From positions 25,629-89,628 of the forward strand of contig SGZV01000002.1 in the NCBI GenBank assembly GCA_004321805.1: a stretch of 64,000 bases of DNA, written 5' to 3'. The notes under the pieces were generated by a model. It worked only from the letters and a program-made list of their open reading frames with translations, was not told the origin of the DNA and did not search any database. The first letter of the stretch is position 1, and each line of letters opens with the position of its first letter. A program made the position numbers and the translations under genes. This document shows, in pieces, positions 48,186 through 59,079 of the stretch. This DNA comes from an alpha proteobacterium HIMB59. GTDB taxonomy: Bacteria > Pseudomonadota > Alphaproteobacteria > HIMB59.

Positions 48186-50581
48186 TGAAATTTACATACC
48201 AATGGCTTCTTCAACATCTTGAGACAGAAAAATCTCCTGAACAAATTGGAGATGCTTTAACCAACCTAGGTTTAGAACTTGAGAATTTTACTGATTATTC
48301 TTCGTATTCAAAATTTGTTGTAGCTACAATAGTAGATTTTAAAAAGCATCCCAATGCAGACAGATTAAATATTTGTCAGGTCGATAATGGTGGAGAGAAG
48401 CAATTTCAAGTTATTTGTGGTGCTCCTAATGTAAAAAAAGGCCTAAAAGGTATTTTTGCTACGGATGGAATGTATATTCCAGGTACTGATATTACTTTGA
48501 AAAAGGGAAAAATCAGAGGAGAAATTTCAGAAGGTATGATGCTTTCTGAAAGAGAATTAGAGTTGAGTGATGATCATGATGGAATTATTGAAATAACAAA
48601 CGACTTTTCAAATGGCACTGATGCTGTTACAGCTCTTGGCTTAAATGATCCAATCTTTGAAATAGGCATTACCCCTAATAGAGGTGATTGTTTAGGAGTC
48701 AGAGGTATAGCTAGAGATCTTGCTGCAAAAAATATTGGCAAATTAAAAGCATTAGATTTTAATAAAATTAATGACCTTCAATTTGAAAGCCCAATTAATT
48801 GGTCTATAGCAAAAGATAACAATAATTGTGATTATGTGGTTAGTCGGTATTTTAAAAATGTATCAAATTCAAAATCTCCTGAATGGTTACAAAAAAGACT
48901 ATTAAGTATTGGGCTAAGGCCAATTAATGCACTTGTCGATATAACAAATTATATTACTGTTGATTTAGGTAGACCCCTTCATGTATTTGATGCGGATAAA
49001 GTTGGAAGTTCTTTGTCCATGAAATTAGCCTCTGCAAAAGATAAAATCCTTGCCTTAGACAATAAAGAATATCAATTAGATGCAACTACAACCATTATAG
49101 CTGATGAAAAAAACCCCTTGGCAATTGCAGGTGTGATTGGTGGTCTTGAAAGTGGATGTACAGAAACTACAAAAAATGTTTTTTTAGAAGTTGCATTATT
49201 TGAACCATCAAAGGTTGCAAAAGTAGGAAGAAAATTAGGAATTAACTCAGATGCTAGATATAGGTTTGAAAGAGGACTTGATAAAGCAATGGTTGAGGAA
49301 GGGCTTGAATACGCATCTTTTTTAATAAACCAGCTTTGTGGAGGAGAAGTAAGTAAAAATATTTCAGCTGGAAAATTAATATTTGAAAATATTAAAATAT
49401 TATATGAATTTAATTTCTTTCAAAAAATTATTGGTATTGAACTTTCTCAAGAAGATCAAATTAATATTTTGAATAAACTTTCTTTCAAAGTAGAAGACGT
49501 AAATGATGATAACTGCTTAGTAACTGTCCCATCATGGAGAAATGATATCCAAAAACCAATTGATCTTATTGAAGAAATTATACGTGTATTTGGTTATGAT
49601 AATATAAAAGTTTCTAAGCCCAAAGCAACTTCAGAGGAATTAAATAATGTTAAATCCTCTTTGAATAATAAAAAAAATCAAATAATTAAGAAATTAAAAA
49701 GATCTCTAATTGCTAATAATTACAACGAAATTATTACATTTTCATTTCACTCTTCTGATGCTCATAAATTTTTACAAGGAGATAAATCTTTGATGCTAAC
49801 AAATGGTATAAGTGAGGAGCATGCATTTATGAGAAACTCAATGCTTTACAATCACCTTGAAGCCTTAGAGGTTAATAGAAAAAAAGGTAATAAAAACCTT
49901 AATATTTTTGAAATTGGCCCAATCTACAACACTTCAACATCTCAAGAAAATATTCTATTTGGTCTTTCCTCAAGATTAGATCTTTTAAACAAAAAAACTC
50001 CATTGCCTAAATACGATTTTTATTCATTAACGAGAGAAGTTGCAATATTTCTAAATACTTTAAACTTTGATATTAAACAATTTAATATAAATCGTGCACA
50101 AAATAGTCATTATCATCCTGGTCAATCTGCAGAATTACATATGGGAAAAAAACTTATCGCTAGATACGGTAAGGTTCATCCAATAATTTTAGAAAATTTT
50201 CCAAAATTATCTAATTCATATTCTTTTGAAATATATTTTGAAAATTTACCAATTGATAGCATGATAAGAAAAAATAATATTAAAATTCAAGAGTCAGATT
50301 TTCAATATAGTGAAAAAGACTTTTCCTTTATTTTTGCAAAAGAACAAAATTTATATGAGGTTTATCGAGTTCTAACTGGAATTGACAAAAAACTAATTCG
50401 CCAAGTAGAGTTTTTTGATGAATATCTTTCTCCTGAAATAGGTGAAGAAAATAAAAGTATTACTTTTAAAATTACTATTCAATCTTCTGAAAAAACATTA
50501 GATGAAAAAGACCTAGAGCAATTACATCAAAACATTATCGACAAAATATCTAATAAATTCCAAGCAAAGTTAAGATCTTAA
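48185..50581 (+). CDS. pheT: Phenylalanine--tRNA ligase beta subunit
   Basis: [32 protein letters not shown]; ends ..LRS. Confidence 0.98.
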   Translation: MKFTYQWLLQHLETEKSPEQIGDALTNLGLELENFTDYSSYSKFVVATIVDFKKHPNADRLNICQVDNGGEKQFQVICGAPNVKKGLKGIFATDGMYIPGTDITLKKGKIRGEISEGMMLSERELELSDDHDGIIEITNDFSNGTDAVTALGLNDPIFEIGITPNRGDCLGVRGIARDLAAKNIGKLKALDFNKINDLQFESPINWSIAKDNNNCDYVVSRYFKNVSNSKSPEWLQKRLLSIGLRPINALVDITNYITVDLGRPLHVFDADKVGSSLSMKLASAKDKILALDNKEYQLDATTTIIADEKNPLAIAGVIGGLESGCTETTKNVFLEVALFEPSKVAKVGRKLGINSDARYRFERGLDKAMVEEGLEYASFLINQLCGGEVSKNISAGKLIFENIKILYEFNFFQKIIGIELSQEDQINILNKLSFKVEDVNDDNCLVTVPSWRNDIQKPIDLIEEIIRVFGYDNIKVSKPKATSEELNNVKSSLNNKKNQIIKKLKRSLIANNYNEIITFSFHSSDAHKFLQGDKSLMLTNGISEEHAFMRNSMLYNHLEALEVNRKKGNKNLNIFEIGPIYNTSTSQENILFGLSSRLDLLNKKTPLPKYDFYSLTREVAIFLNTLNFDIKQFNINRAQNSHYHPGQSAELHMGKKLIARYGKVHPIILENFPKLSNSYSFEIYFENLPIDSMIRKNNIKIQESDFQYSEKDFSFIFAKEQNLYEVYRVLTGIDKKLIRQVEFFDEYLSPEIGEENKSITFKITIQSSEKTLDEKDLEQLHQNIIDKISNKFQAKLRS

Positions 50582-52380
50582 TGGGAATTTCTAATATTAG
50601 AAATTTCTCTATAATTGCCCACATTGACCATGGCAAATCCACATTAGCTGATAGGATTATTGAAATTTGTGGAGGAATGGATGATCGTACTAAAAAAGAT
50701 CAGGTCTTAGACTCTATGGATATTGAAAGAGAAAGAGGAATTACAATTAAAGCACAAACTGTCAGACTAGATTATAAGAATGACTCAGGTGAAACATATC
50801 AGCTCAACATTCTAGACACACCTGGTCATGTTGATTTTTCTTATGAGGTTTCAAGATCACTATCTGCTTGTGAGGGCTCTTTATTAGTTGTTGACAGTAC
50901 ACAAGGAGTTGAGGCACAAACATTAGCTAATGCCTACCAAGCAATTGATGTAAATCATGAAATTTTACCTGTTCTAAATAAAGCAGATTTACCTGCATCT
51001 GAGCCAGATAGAGTAAAAGAAGATATTGAGCAAACCATTGGAATTGATACTTCTGAGGCATTATTAGTTTCTGCAAAAACAGGCCAAGGAGTTAAAGAGT
51101 TAATTGATCAGTTAATTATAAAACTTCCTTCTCCCTCTACTGAAGGTCAAGATTTAAAAGCTCTACTAGTTGACAGTTGGTACGATAATTATCTTGGAGT
51201 AACTGTTTTAGTTAGAATTCTTGATGGTGTTATGAAAAAAGGTATGAAAGTAAAATTTCTGTCAAATAACCAACAATATAATATTGACCGTATTGGATAT
51301 TTTACTCCTGAAATTAATTATTGTAATGAATTAAAAGCTGGAGAAATAGGTTTTATCAATGCAAGTATTAAATCTGTAGCTGATTGTAAAGTCGGAGATA
51401 CTATAGCAGAATTAAATAATAAAACTGTTACGCCATTACCTGGTTTTAAACCATCCCTTCCTGTTGTTTTTTGTGGAATTTATCCTATAGACACTTCAGA
51501 TTATGAGCACTTAAAAGAAAGTTTTGAGAAACTCGCCCTCAATGACTCAAGTTTTACATATGAGAACGAAACTAGTGCAGCTTTAGGCTATGGATTTCGA
51601 TGCGGATGTTTAGGTTTATTACATCTGGAGGTAATTACAGAACGTTTAAGGAGAGAATTTGATTTAGATTTAATTACAACAGCACCAGGTGTGGTTTACA
51701 AGGTTATTGATAGAAATAAAAATGAATTAATTATTAGAAATCCTTCCGAGCTTCCAGACCCAGCGGAGATTGATCAGATTTTAGAGCCATGGGTTAAGTC
51801 TACAATAATTGTTCCTCAAGACTTCCTAGGCACAGTAATCAACCTTTGTATAGAAAAAAGAGGTAAACAAAAAAATTTAACAATTCAAAATAATAGAGCT
51901 ATTTTAGAAATGGAACTACCATTAAATGAAATAGTTATTGATTTTTATGATAAGCTAAAATCTTATTCAAAAGGTTATGCAAGCTTTGACTACCAACTAT
52001 ATGACTACTTACAAGGAGATTTAGTAAAACTAAATATCCTTGTTAATTCTGAGACAGTAGACGCATTTTCAAACATTGTGCATAAAACTAGAGCAGAGAC
52101 TATAGGCAGAAGAATTTGTAACAAGTTAAAGGATTTGATACCTCGTCAAAATTTTCAAATTCCAATTCAGGCAGCAATTTATGGTAAAATAATTGCAAGG
52201 GAGACTATTAAAGCATTTAGAAAAGATGTTACTGCAAAGTTATACGGTGGTGATGTAAGTCGTAAAAAAAAATTGCTTGAAAAACAAAAAAAAGGAAAGA
52301 AAAGAATGAAGCAATTTGGTAGTGTTGAGATACCACAAACAGCTTTTTTTGAAGCTTTAAAAATAGGTGACACTGAGTAA
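50581..52380 (+). CDS. lepA: Elongation factor 4
   Basis: [42 protein letters not shown]. Confidence 0.98.
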   Translation: MGISNIRNFSIIAHIDHGKSTLADRIIEICGGMDDRTKKDQVLDSMDIERERGITIKAQTVRLDYKNDSGETYQLNILDTPGHVDFSYEVSRSLSACEGSLLVVDSTQGVEAQTLANAYQAIDVNHEILPVLNKADLPASEPDRVKEDIEQTIGIDTSEALLVSAKTGQGVKELIDQLIIKLPSPSTEGQDLKALLVDSWYDNYLGVTVLVRILDGVMKKGMKVKFLSNNQQYNIDRIGYFTPEINYCNELKAGEIGFINASIKSVADCKVGDTIAELNNKTVTPLPGFKPSLPVVFCGIYPIDTSDYEHLKESFEKLALNDSSFTYENETSAALGYGFRCGCLGLLHLEVITERLRREFDLDLITTAPGVVYKVIDRNKNELIIRNPSELPDPAEIDQILEPWVKSTIIVPQDFLGTVINLCIEKRGKQKNLTIQNNRAILEMELPLNEIVIDFYDKLKSYSKGYASFDYQLYDYLQGDLVKLNILVNSETVDAFSNIVHKTRAETIGRRICNKLKDLIPRQNFQIPIQAAIYGKIIARETIKAFRKDVTAKLYGGDVSRKKKLLEKQKKGKKRMKQFGSVEIPQTAFFEALKIGDTE

Positions 52381-52389
52381 AAAAAATTC

Positions 52390-52479
52390 GGAGAGATGGC
52401 AGAGTGGTCGATCGCGCTACCTTGGAAAGGTAGTGTAGGGGCAACCCTACCGTGGGTTCGAATCCCACTCTCTCCGCCA
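52390..52479 (+). tRNA. tRNA-Ser(GGA), CCA encoded
   Basis: Acceptor stem GGAGAGA/TCTCTCC plus G-CCA; anticodon arm CTACC-TTGGAAA-GGTAG; long variable arm GTAGGG-GCAA-CCCTAC; T arm GTGGG-TTCGAAT-CCCAC. Confidence 0.97.
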
Positions 52480-53303
52480 TGACAATGCAGGAAAGTTCTT
52501 TTTATAAAATTAAAAAAAATATAAGAAAACTAACTGAGTTTCCTTTAGTAAAAATTGAAGACAAGATCGTTAATGAGTCTGATGATAGTTTAATACCCAA
52601 TAACGTTTATCAAACATGGGAGACAAGATATTTAGGAAAAACCCACGCTAGATCTCTAAATGATTTTAGAAATAAAAATCCCACTATGTCTTTTCATCTT
52701 TACGACAAAGACAGAAGAGACCATTATTTAACGCAAAATTGGTCCCACCATCCTATTTATAAAGTTTACTCTAACTCTCTATTTGGGCCTATGAAGGCTG
52801 ATATTTTTAGATACTGCATACTGTATGATTTAGGGGGATATTATTTTGATATAGCTAAATCATGTTCATTGCCATTAAATCAATTACATAACAAAAATCA
52901 TAAAGGAGTTATTACTTATGAAGATACAGAATGTTTTTATCCACCAAATGATGAAAAATTATTTAAATTAAAGAGACCATTTAATCATTTTCTTCAGTGG
53001 GGTCTGGCATTTAGTAAGAAACATGTATTTTTAAAAAATTTAATCGATGAAATATCTGATAATTATAAATTTTATAAAAATATTAAGTTTGAAAATCCAA
53101 AGTTAGCCATTTTAAATTTTACTGGTCCTGGTGTTTATACTAAAGTTATGAGAAACTTTTTATCTAATAATGTAAATCATTCATTTAATGAATTAGATAT
53201 AAAATTTAATAACTACGGGGTTTTTAAATTAAAAGGATCTCCAATAAGGCATTATATAGTTCCGAGTTATTCTTATATGGCTAACTGTAAAATATGCACT
53301 TAG
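52479..53303 (+). CDS. GT32/Och1-like DxD glycosyltransferase (start ATG 52479 or 52485)
   Basis: IP..VYQTW, NP, KADIFRYCILY..GGYYFD, FTGPG. Confidence 0.85.
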   Translation: MTMQESSFYKIKKNIRKLTEFPLVKIEDKIVNESDDSLIPNNVYQTWETRYLGKTHARSLNDFRNKNPTMSFHLYDKDRRDHYLTQNWSHHPIYKVYSNSLFGPMKADIFRYCILYDLGGYYFDIAKSCSLPLNQLHNKNHKGVITYEDTECFYPPNDEKLFKLKRPFNHFLQWGLAFSKKHVFLKNLIDEISDNYKFYKNIKFENPKLAILNFTGPGVYTKVMRNFLSNNVNHSFNELDIKFNNYGVFKLKGSPIRHYIVPSYSYMANCKICT

Positions 53304-54271
53304 TCTTTCTCTAAAAACTTATCCAGAATTTCTTTATATTTGGTTACTGGAAAATCTTTAATTTCTGAATAGCCATAATCTTGAACTTGAATAGTTTCCG
53401 AATACCCTGGTCTAGCAAATTTTTTTGCATTAGTAATGCCAAATATCTTAAATGTTTTTACGCCTGCAAACTCAAACATCCAAGAAGTTCCTCCATCATT
53501 GCATAGAAGAAGCTTGATATTTTTTGCAAGACTCATTGTAAAAGTAATATCATTTGAAATCATTTTATTATTTTCCCATTCAGGGCATATAAAGTCATTA
53601 TTAACACATACATCCAAATATCTTTTTTCCTCCGGTCCAAGAAAAAAATAAATATTAAAACCTTTTTGCCGTAAATATTTACCAACTGCTAAATATTTAT
53701 CAAAATCCCACTGTCTCAACTCACTTCCAGCACCAGGTGCTATGCCTATATTTTTATTGAGCTCAGTAGTTATTCTTTTTTTTGAAATTAGATTATTGGG
53801 AATGTTAATATGAGGTATTTCATTAATATATTTATTTGAAATAATATTAAGAATATTAAAATATAATTTTTCAATATATATATTTTTAAATAAATATTGA
53901 TTATCATTTTTAAAATCAGAAAATAAAAAATTTGCTGTCGAGCTAAAAAATTTATTATGTGGTATTTTCTTTAAATTAAGTGTTCTCAAAACAACTTTTT
54001 GAAGATCAATAATTAAATCATATCTTTTATTTATAAAATTTTTATTTTTTTTGAATAAATCAAAGAAAGATGATCTTACATCATTAAATTCAATAAATTC
54101 TTCAATACAATTTACTATCAATGAATTAAGTGTTGTTTTAAGAGAAGTTGATTTGGTAGTTGTATATGTAATATGTGATTCAGGATAAATACTTTTTAAT
54201 TTTTGTATAAAAGTAATTTTTTGAAGACCGTCTCCTATTTTATCATTATAGCTATATATCAGAATTTTCAT
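53300..54271 (-). CDS. Glycosyltransferase family 9
   Basis: D.IGDG, YDLIIDLQ, IGIAPGAG...RQW, LGP.E, CNDGG. Confidence 0.8.
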   Translation of the reverse strand: MKILIYSYNDKIGDGLQKITFIQKLKSIYPESHITYTTTKSTSLKTTLNSLIVNCIEEFIEFNDVRSSFFDLFKKNKNFINKRYDLIIDLQKVVLRTLNLKKIPHNKFFSSTANFLFSDFKNDNQYLFKNIYIEKLYFNILNIISNKYINEIPHINIPNNLISKKRITTELNKNIGIAPGAGSELRQWDFDKYLAVGKYLRQKGFNIYFFLGPEEKRYLDVCVNNDFICPEWENNKMISNDITFTMSLAKNIKLLLCNDGGTSWMFEFAGVKTFKIFGITNAKKFARPGYSETIQVQDYGYSEIKDFPVTKYKEILDKFLEKD

Positions 54272-55230
54272 TCAAAAGAGTCTATTTTAGTCTTTGTATT
54301 TGCTCCAAGCTCTCTCATTTTATTTGCCTTACTAAATAGACTGCCTCTACCTTCTTTTATATAGTTTTTTGATTGAGTGATTGACTCAAGTGATTTTTGT
54401 ATACTACTTTCTGTTTTATCTAGTAAATTTATACTTTTTGCAATTTGATCAAACATTCCGCCTGCAATTTCTGCAATTTCTTTTGAGTTTTTATTTTGCT
54501 TTTCAAGCTTCCAAATACTTTCAACAAGCTTCATGCACATAATCAATGTTGTGGGCCCAACAATAATAATTTGCTTCTGTTGAGCAAATGTTAAGAGTGT
54601 ATTATCGTATTTTTGTGCTGTAATTAATGAAAACTCATGCGGCATAAAAATAAAAACATACTCTGGTGAATTAATATTTAGTAATTTTGTATAATCTTTT
54701 TTATTGATTGAACTAATATGATTTTTCAATGAATTTATGAAATTTTTTATATGTAATTCTTTTTCTTGATTATCATCAGTATTTTGAAATTCATACCAGT
54801 CTTTTAAAGGAACTTTAGAGTCAATAATTATATTTCTATTTTCAGGTAAAAAAATTACGACATCAGGTCTAAATTGTTGCCCTTCGTCATTTTTATCTGT
54901 GTATTGTGTTTTATAATCTCTATCTTTTGTCATTCCACAATCTTGAAGAATGTTTTCAAGAATAACCTCACCCATTTGACCCATATCAGATATATTTGTT
55001 GTCATTGCATTGGTCATTTTTTTTGTTAAACGACCGATTTCATCAATTTTGGAATTAACATAACCACTTTGCTCTAGTGTTTTGTTAAATAAAGATTCAA
55101 TTTTAAAATTGATTTGGGTGAGATCTATATCTTTAGCTGACTTCTCTTTTTTATTTGAATTTAATATTACTATGGTTAATAAAATTATGACTATACACAA
55201 TAGTAAAATAATAAAATATTCTAAGTTCAT
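54268..55230 (-). CDS. rmuC: DNA recombination protein RmuC
   Basis: G..GE..LE.IL, RPDVVI.LP, IIDSKVPL, VGPTTL. Confidence 0.93.
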   Translation of the reverse strand: MNLEYFIILLLCIVIILLTIVILNSNKKEKSAKDIDLTQINFKIESLFNKTLEQSGYVNSKIDEIGRLTKKMTNAMTTNISDMGQMGEVILENILQDCGMTKDRDYKTQYTDKNDEGQQFRPDVVIFLPENRNIIIDSKVPLKDWYEFQNTDDNQEKELHIKNFINSLKNHISSINKKDYTKLLNINSPEYVFIFMPHEFSLITAQKYDNTLLTFAQQKQIIIVGPTTLIMCMKLVESIWKLEKQNKNSKEIAEIAGGMFDQIAKSINLLDKTESSIQKSLESITQSKNYIKEGRGSLFSKANKMRELGANTKTKIDSFE

Positions 55231-55279
55231 ATTATTATATTATAGATCTTAATGTTTATAGGAAATGAACAATCTTAAG

Positions 55280-55642
55280 TTAAATTAATTTTTTCAAATT
55301 AAATTCAAATTGTTTTTTTAATTCCTTTATCATTTTTTGATCAAATACTTTATGATCTAGCAAATTATTAAAATTATTTTTGATTTCTTCAGATATTTTC
55401 TCTAATTGATGTAATTCTTCAGGAAAGTGGTTCTTTAAATTTTGAATTTCATTTGTAAATTCAATCAAAGCTGACTTAAAATGCTTATCAGAAAAAGTTT
55501 CTAGTTTATTTTTAATTGAATCAATTGAGAAGTTTGTATCAATTCTGGATTCAAAATCGTAAATTGTCAAATTGAAATAATCAAATATTTGATCACAAAG
55601 ATCACTCAATTTTGAGTAGTTATCTTTAATAGATAAGTTCAT
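55280..55642 (-). CDS. Hypothetical helical protein
   Basis: 120-aa ORF filling the gap between ribA and rmuC on the same strand; no motif recognised. Confidence 0.6.
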   Translation of the reverse strand: MNLSIKDNYSKLSDLCDQIFDYFNLTIYDFESRIDTNFSIDSIKNKLETFSDKHFKSALIEFTNEIQNLKNHFPEELHQLEKISEEIKNNFNNLLDHKVFDQKMIKELKKQFEFNLKKLI

Positions 55643-55674
55643 TTAATGATAATACTACAAAATAAAAAATATTG

Positions 55675-56712
55675 TCAAAGATTCAGTAGATGTTTGCCAA
55701 TATTTTTTTTAGTTTTCATATATTCTTTATTAAACTTATTAACACCAGGCTTAATTTTGATTACTTGAGAAACCTTGATTCCACGTTTATTTAGAGAATT
55801 TATTTTTTCTGGGTTATTTGTAATCAAATTAATATTATTAATCTTTAAGTGCTTTAAAATTTTAATTGCAGATTTGTAATTTCGTTCATCTCCACTGAAA
55901 CCCAAAATATTATCAGCGGCATATGTATCCCAGCCTGTTTCTTGAATATTATAACTAATGATCTTATTATGAATTCCTAGGCCTCGTCCCTCTTGATTTA
56001 AATATATTATTATACCTTTGCCAGAATTATTGTTCATGAAATCAATAGCAGTGTTTAATTGATAACCACAATCACATCTCTGACTGCCCATTAAATCCCC
56101 AGTAAGACATGAAGAGTGAATGCGAACATTTATTTTCTTTGATTTACTTTTTTCATTAAAGACTAAAGCATAATGTGTTGATTTAAGAATGATATCATCA
56201 AACAATAAAATTTTAACATCATGATTATTCTTTAAAGGTAGAGATGTAGAATTTCTATAAACTATTTTTGAGACATTTAAAGACTTTGAAATTTGATCAA
56301 TACGAAAAGTGAATTTTGAGTTTTTTCTGCTTTTACTATCATTTAAAAAAACAGGGAAAGGCAGAACATTTAATTTTTTAAAAATTTTGATTATTTTTTT
56401 TTCATTTATATCTAAATTTTTTGGGGAATTTATATCAATAAGTTTTTTAATATTTTGTTGAGTTGAAAAAAAATTTTGAATTTTCTTTGGGGTTTTAAGT
56501 AATTTAAATTTTAAAAAAGTCTGGGAGGTTTTAATTTCAATTTTATGAAACTTTAATAAAAAAACTGGTAATGCAATTTCAGCGTTCTTATATAGCTTCT
56601 CATATTTTTTAAAGTTTTCATCGGAGGGCCTTAAGATATTATATTTACTATCAAATTTAATTATCTGACCATATTCCAAATTTAGCTGTAATATATCGAG
56701 ATCGTTTTTCAT
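55675..56712 (-). CDS. ribA: GTP cyclohydrolase II with divergent N-terminal extension
   Basis: VRIHSSCLTGDLMGSQRCDCG, QEGRGLG..NK, D.R, LITNNP.K. Confidence 0.93.
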   Translation of the reverse strand: MKNDLDILQLNLEYGQIIKFDSKYNILRPSDENFKKYEKLYKNAEIALPVFLLKFHKIEIKTSQTFLKFKLLKTPKKIQNFFSTQQNIKKLIDINSPKNLDINEKKIIKIFKKLNVLPFPVFLNDSKSRKNSKFTFRIDQISKSLNVSKIVYRNSTSLPLKNNHDVKILLFDDIILKSTHYALVFNEKSKSKKINVRIHSSCLTGDLMGSQRCDCGYQLNTAIDFMNNNSGKGIIIYLNQEGRGLGIHNKIISYNIQETGWDTYAADNILGFSGDERNYKSAIKILKHLKINNINLITNNPEKINSLNKRGIKVSQVIKIKPGVNKFNKEYMKTKKNIGKHLLNL

Positions 56713-56751
56713 CTGAAAAATTAATTTATTTATTTAAGGGAATTACACAAT

Positions 56752-56783
56752 AAAAAAAGCCCAGTTTCATAAACCGGGCTTTT
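56752..56783 (-). terminator. Rho-independent terminator of the GcvT-family gene
   Basis: Minus strand GCCCGGTTT-ATG-AAACTGGGC followed by T7. Confidence 0.85.
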
Positions 56784-56796
56784 AATTAAAAATAAT

Positions 56797-58101
56797 TTAA
56801 AAAGCTGTGTCTCTTCCGTCAGCTTTTGCTATTTCTCTTGCATTTGGATTAACAGAAGGTCTGAATGGCATTTCAACTATTTCTCCATCTACTGGTTGAC
56901 CTGGTGTATCACAGTATTCATCAGGTAGATGAAACTTAAATTTATTACCAATGTCTTTTTTTTCATAAGGCACATATCCCATTGCAATATTCGTCTCTAG
57001 CTCTGGTGAATACCAAGGTGAAGTTAGATAACCTATAGGCGTTGAGCCATCTTCTGATATCAACCAGAAATCAGGGGCATATTCTTCAATTGGTTTTCCA
57101 CCTAATTTAAATCCAACAAGTTGATTTGAATAGGGCTTGTCACCAGCTTCCATTTTTGCTCTCATCGTTTCAAGGGCTTCTTTACCAATGTAATCAGCTG
57201 TTTTCTTTCTTGGTACTTGGTACCCCAAATTACATTGAAATGGATATGTTTCTGCATCTAGGTCTTGCCCCCATGATAAAATGCCTGCTGCTATTCTTCT
57301 ATGGTGTGCTGGGGCAATAACTCTTAGGTTATGTTTTTTTCCAGCTTCTAAAACAGCATTCCACATATCGTCAGCATATAAAGTGGCATTTCTGAGATAG
57401 ATTTCATATCCTTTTTCACCGGTAAAACCTGTTTGTGAAATGATACAGTCTCTGCCACCAACTTTTGCTTCCATTAAGCCATAATAAGGAATATCTCTAA
57501 CAGCATCTCCAACTAAATCAGCCATTAGGTCAACTGACTTAGGTCCTTGAATTTGAACAGGAGCTACATCGATTTCATCTATGGTCACATCAAATTTTTT
57601 GTCGTGGTTTACACCTTGTAAAAAAAACATAATGTCAGAGTCAGAAAGAGAAAACCAAAATTCATCTTCAGCTACTCGTAAAAGAATAGGATCATTAAGA
57701 ACACCACCTTTACTATTACAAAGTATAACATATTTTCCATGCATAACTTCAATTCTTGAAGCATCTCTTGTAATAACATAGTTAGTAAATTTTAAAGCAT
57801 CAGGTCCTTTGACTCGAATTTGTCTTTCGACAGCCACGTTCCACATTGTAACATGATTGACTAAAGAGTCGTATTCAACCATTGCTCCACCATCTTCAGG
57901 TTTTACATATCCTCTTGGGTGGTACATACGATTATATACAGTGCATCTCCAACATCCTGCTTCTACAGCTAGATGCCAATAGGCTGATTTTCTTACACGA
58001 GTAGAAATCAGCATTTGTTGTGGAGTGGGTCCAGATTGTCTTAGGTTGTAGGGAACAAGTCTATCTGACTGGTCCACGGTGCTTGGTTGTGTTAGCTTCA
58101 T
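56797..58101 (-). CDS. GcvT/DmdA-family THF-dependent aminomethyltransferase/demethylase of unknown substrate
   Basis: VKGPDA, GGVLNDP, IQGPKS, TGFTGEKGYEI, SP...TNIAMG; SD AGGAGG before ATG 58101. Confidence 0.88.
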   Translation of the reverse strand: MKLTQPSTVDQSDRLVPYNLRQSGPTPQQMLISTRVRKSAYWHLAVEAGCWRCTVYNRMYHPRGYVKPEDGGAMVEYDSLVNHVTMWNVAVERQIRVKGPDALKFTNYVITRDASRIEVMHGKYVILCNSKGGVLNDPILLRVAEDEFWFSLSDSDIMFFLQGVNHDKKFDVTIDEIDVAPVQIQGPKSVDLMADLVGDAVRDIPYYGLMEAKVGGRDCIISQTGFTGEKGYEIYLRNATLYADDMWNAVLEAGKKHNLRVIAPAHHRRIAAGILSWGQDLDAETYPFQCNLGYQVPRKKTADYIGKEALETMRAKMEAGDKPYSNQLVGFKLGGKPIEEYAPDFWLISEDGSTPIGYLTSPWYSPELETNIAMGYVPYEKKDIGNKFKFHLPDEYCDTPGQPVDGEIVEMPFRPSVNPNAREIAKADGRDTAF

Positions 58102-58179
58102 GTATCCTCCTGAAAAGCTATTTAGCAATTTTTGAAAAGTAATTTTTTTTTATAATTGTTGCAATCAAAAACTACTGGA

Positions 58180-59061
58180 TTAAAAAATTTTCTTGTGGAG
58201 CTTTAATTGTTGATTTTCAATAGTAAATTCACCTTTTTGAAGTTCATTGAGCCATAAACAAGTCTTTTCAAATCCTCCAAATGGAAAACAGTGAAAGGAT
58301 TTTAAAGGACTGTTTTTGTTGGCAAATTCAGCTAATGAAATAAGCATCTCATCGTTAGAAGTTTTTGTCAAAAGGTCAGATACTTTTGATGAGTTTTTCT
58401 TTAAAAAATTTATTGAATTACCAACTCCACTCATAAGTCCAAAATTTAAAAGAGTTTTAAAAGAGGCAGGGCCTGGAAAACCCACTCTTACAGGTATTGT
58501 AATTTTCTTTTTAGTAAGTTCTTCACACCAATTTATAAATGGCGCTGCATTAAAAAAAAATTGAGTGACTAATTCAAGATTCAATCCTTTTGTTTTAGTC
58601 AATTCAAATTTATCATTTAAAAAATTATCTATTGTTTCTTGGCTAATATCGGGCGATCCTTCTGGATGTCCTGCTATTCCTATTTCGTTAAAATTATTCT
58701 CTTCTAATAAACCTGAATTTAAAATTTCTAAAGAAGAAGTAATTTGTCCTAATTGATTTCCCCCACCTCCAATAACTAAAATCTTTTTACTATCAGTTCT
58801 TTCTCTTACTTGAGATAAAAATTGACGAACATGATCTAAGTTCTTCATTGTTCTTGCAGGTAGGTGAGTTATTGGTGTTAAATTATTTTTAGATACAAAT
58901 TCAATAGTCTCTAGGATGTCATTTTCAGATGCATCTGGCAAATAGGTAATATAAACATTATTTTTTTTTTCTAATGGTATTGTATTAATCTTATGCCTTA
59001 CTTTAGGATTCAACTCGATTGTAAAACCATCAATTAGTGAAATAATTTTTTCTTTAATCAT
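58180..59061 (-). CDS. metF: Methylenetetrahydrofolate reductase-family protein (short type)
   Basis: HLPAR, VIGG, IAGHPEG.P, VTQFFF, RVG.PGP, H.FPFGG. Confidence 0.8.
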   Translation of the reverse strand: MIKEKIISLIDGFTIELNPKVRHKINTIPLEKKNNVYITYLPDASENDILETIEFVSKNNLTPITHLPARTMKNLDHVRQFLSQVRERTDSKKILVIGGGGNQLGQITSSLEILNSGLLEENNFNEIGIAGHPEGSPDISQETIDNFLNDKFELTKTKGLNLELVTQFFFNAAPFINWCEELTKKKITIPVRVGFPGPASFKTLLNFGLMSGVGNSINFLKKNSSKVSDLLTKTSNDEMLISLAEFANKNSPLKSFHCFPFGGFEKTCLWLNELQKGEFTIENQQLKLHKKIF

Positions 59062-59079
59062 TACTTAAAAATACAAATG

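Noticed and set aside
52452-52478. N-terminal extension MGSNPTLSA of the GT32 ORF in the track
   Set aside because: It lies in the T arm and acceptor stem of the tRNA; the real start must be at or after 52479.
52229-52480. 83-aa minus-strand ORF MAERVGFEPTVG...
   Set aside because: It is the antisense reading of tRNA-Ser and the lepA 3' end, a classic spurious ORF.
52390-56712. Prophage or integrative element at tRNA-Ser
   Set aside because: No integrase, no phage genes and no duplicated tRNA 3' end; the CCCACTCTC at about 47752 is inside pheS and too short to be an att site.
56797-58101. Calling this gene gcvT or dmdA
   Set aside because: No gcvH/gcvP neighbours and motifs diverge from both; the substrate cannot be assigned from sequence alone.
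58102-58179. SAM or glycine riboswitch upstream of the C1 genes
   Set aside because: The spacers (78 bp here, 18 bp before metF, about 65 bp before the oxidase) are AT-rich and lack the conserved aptamer motifs.
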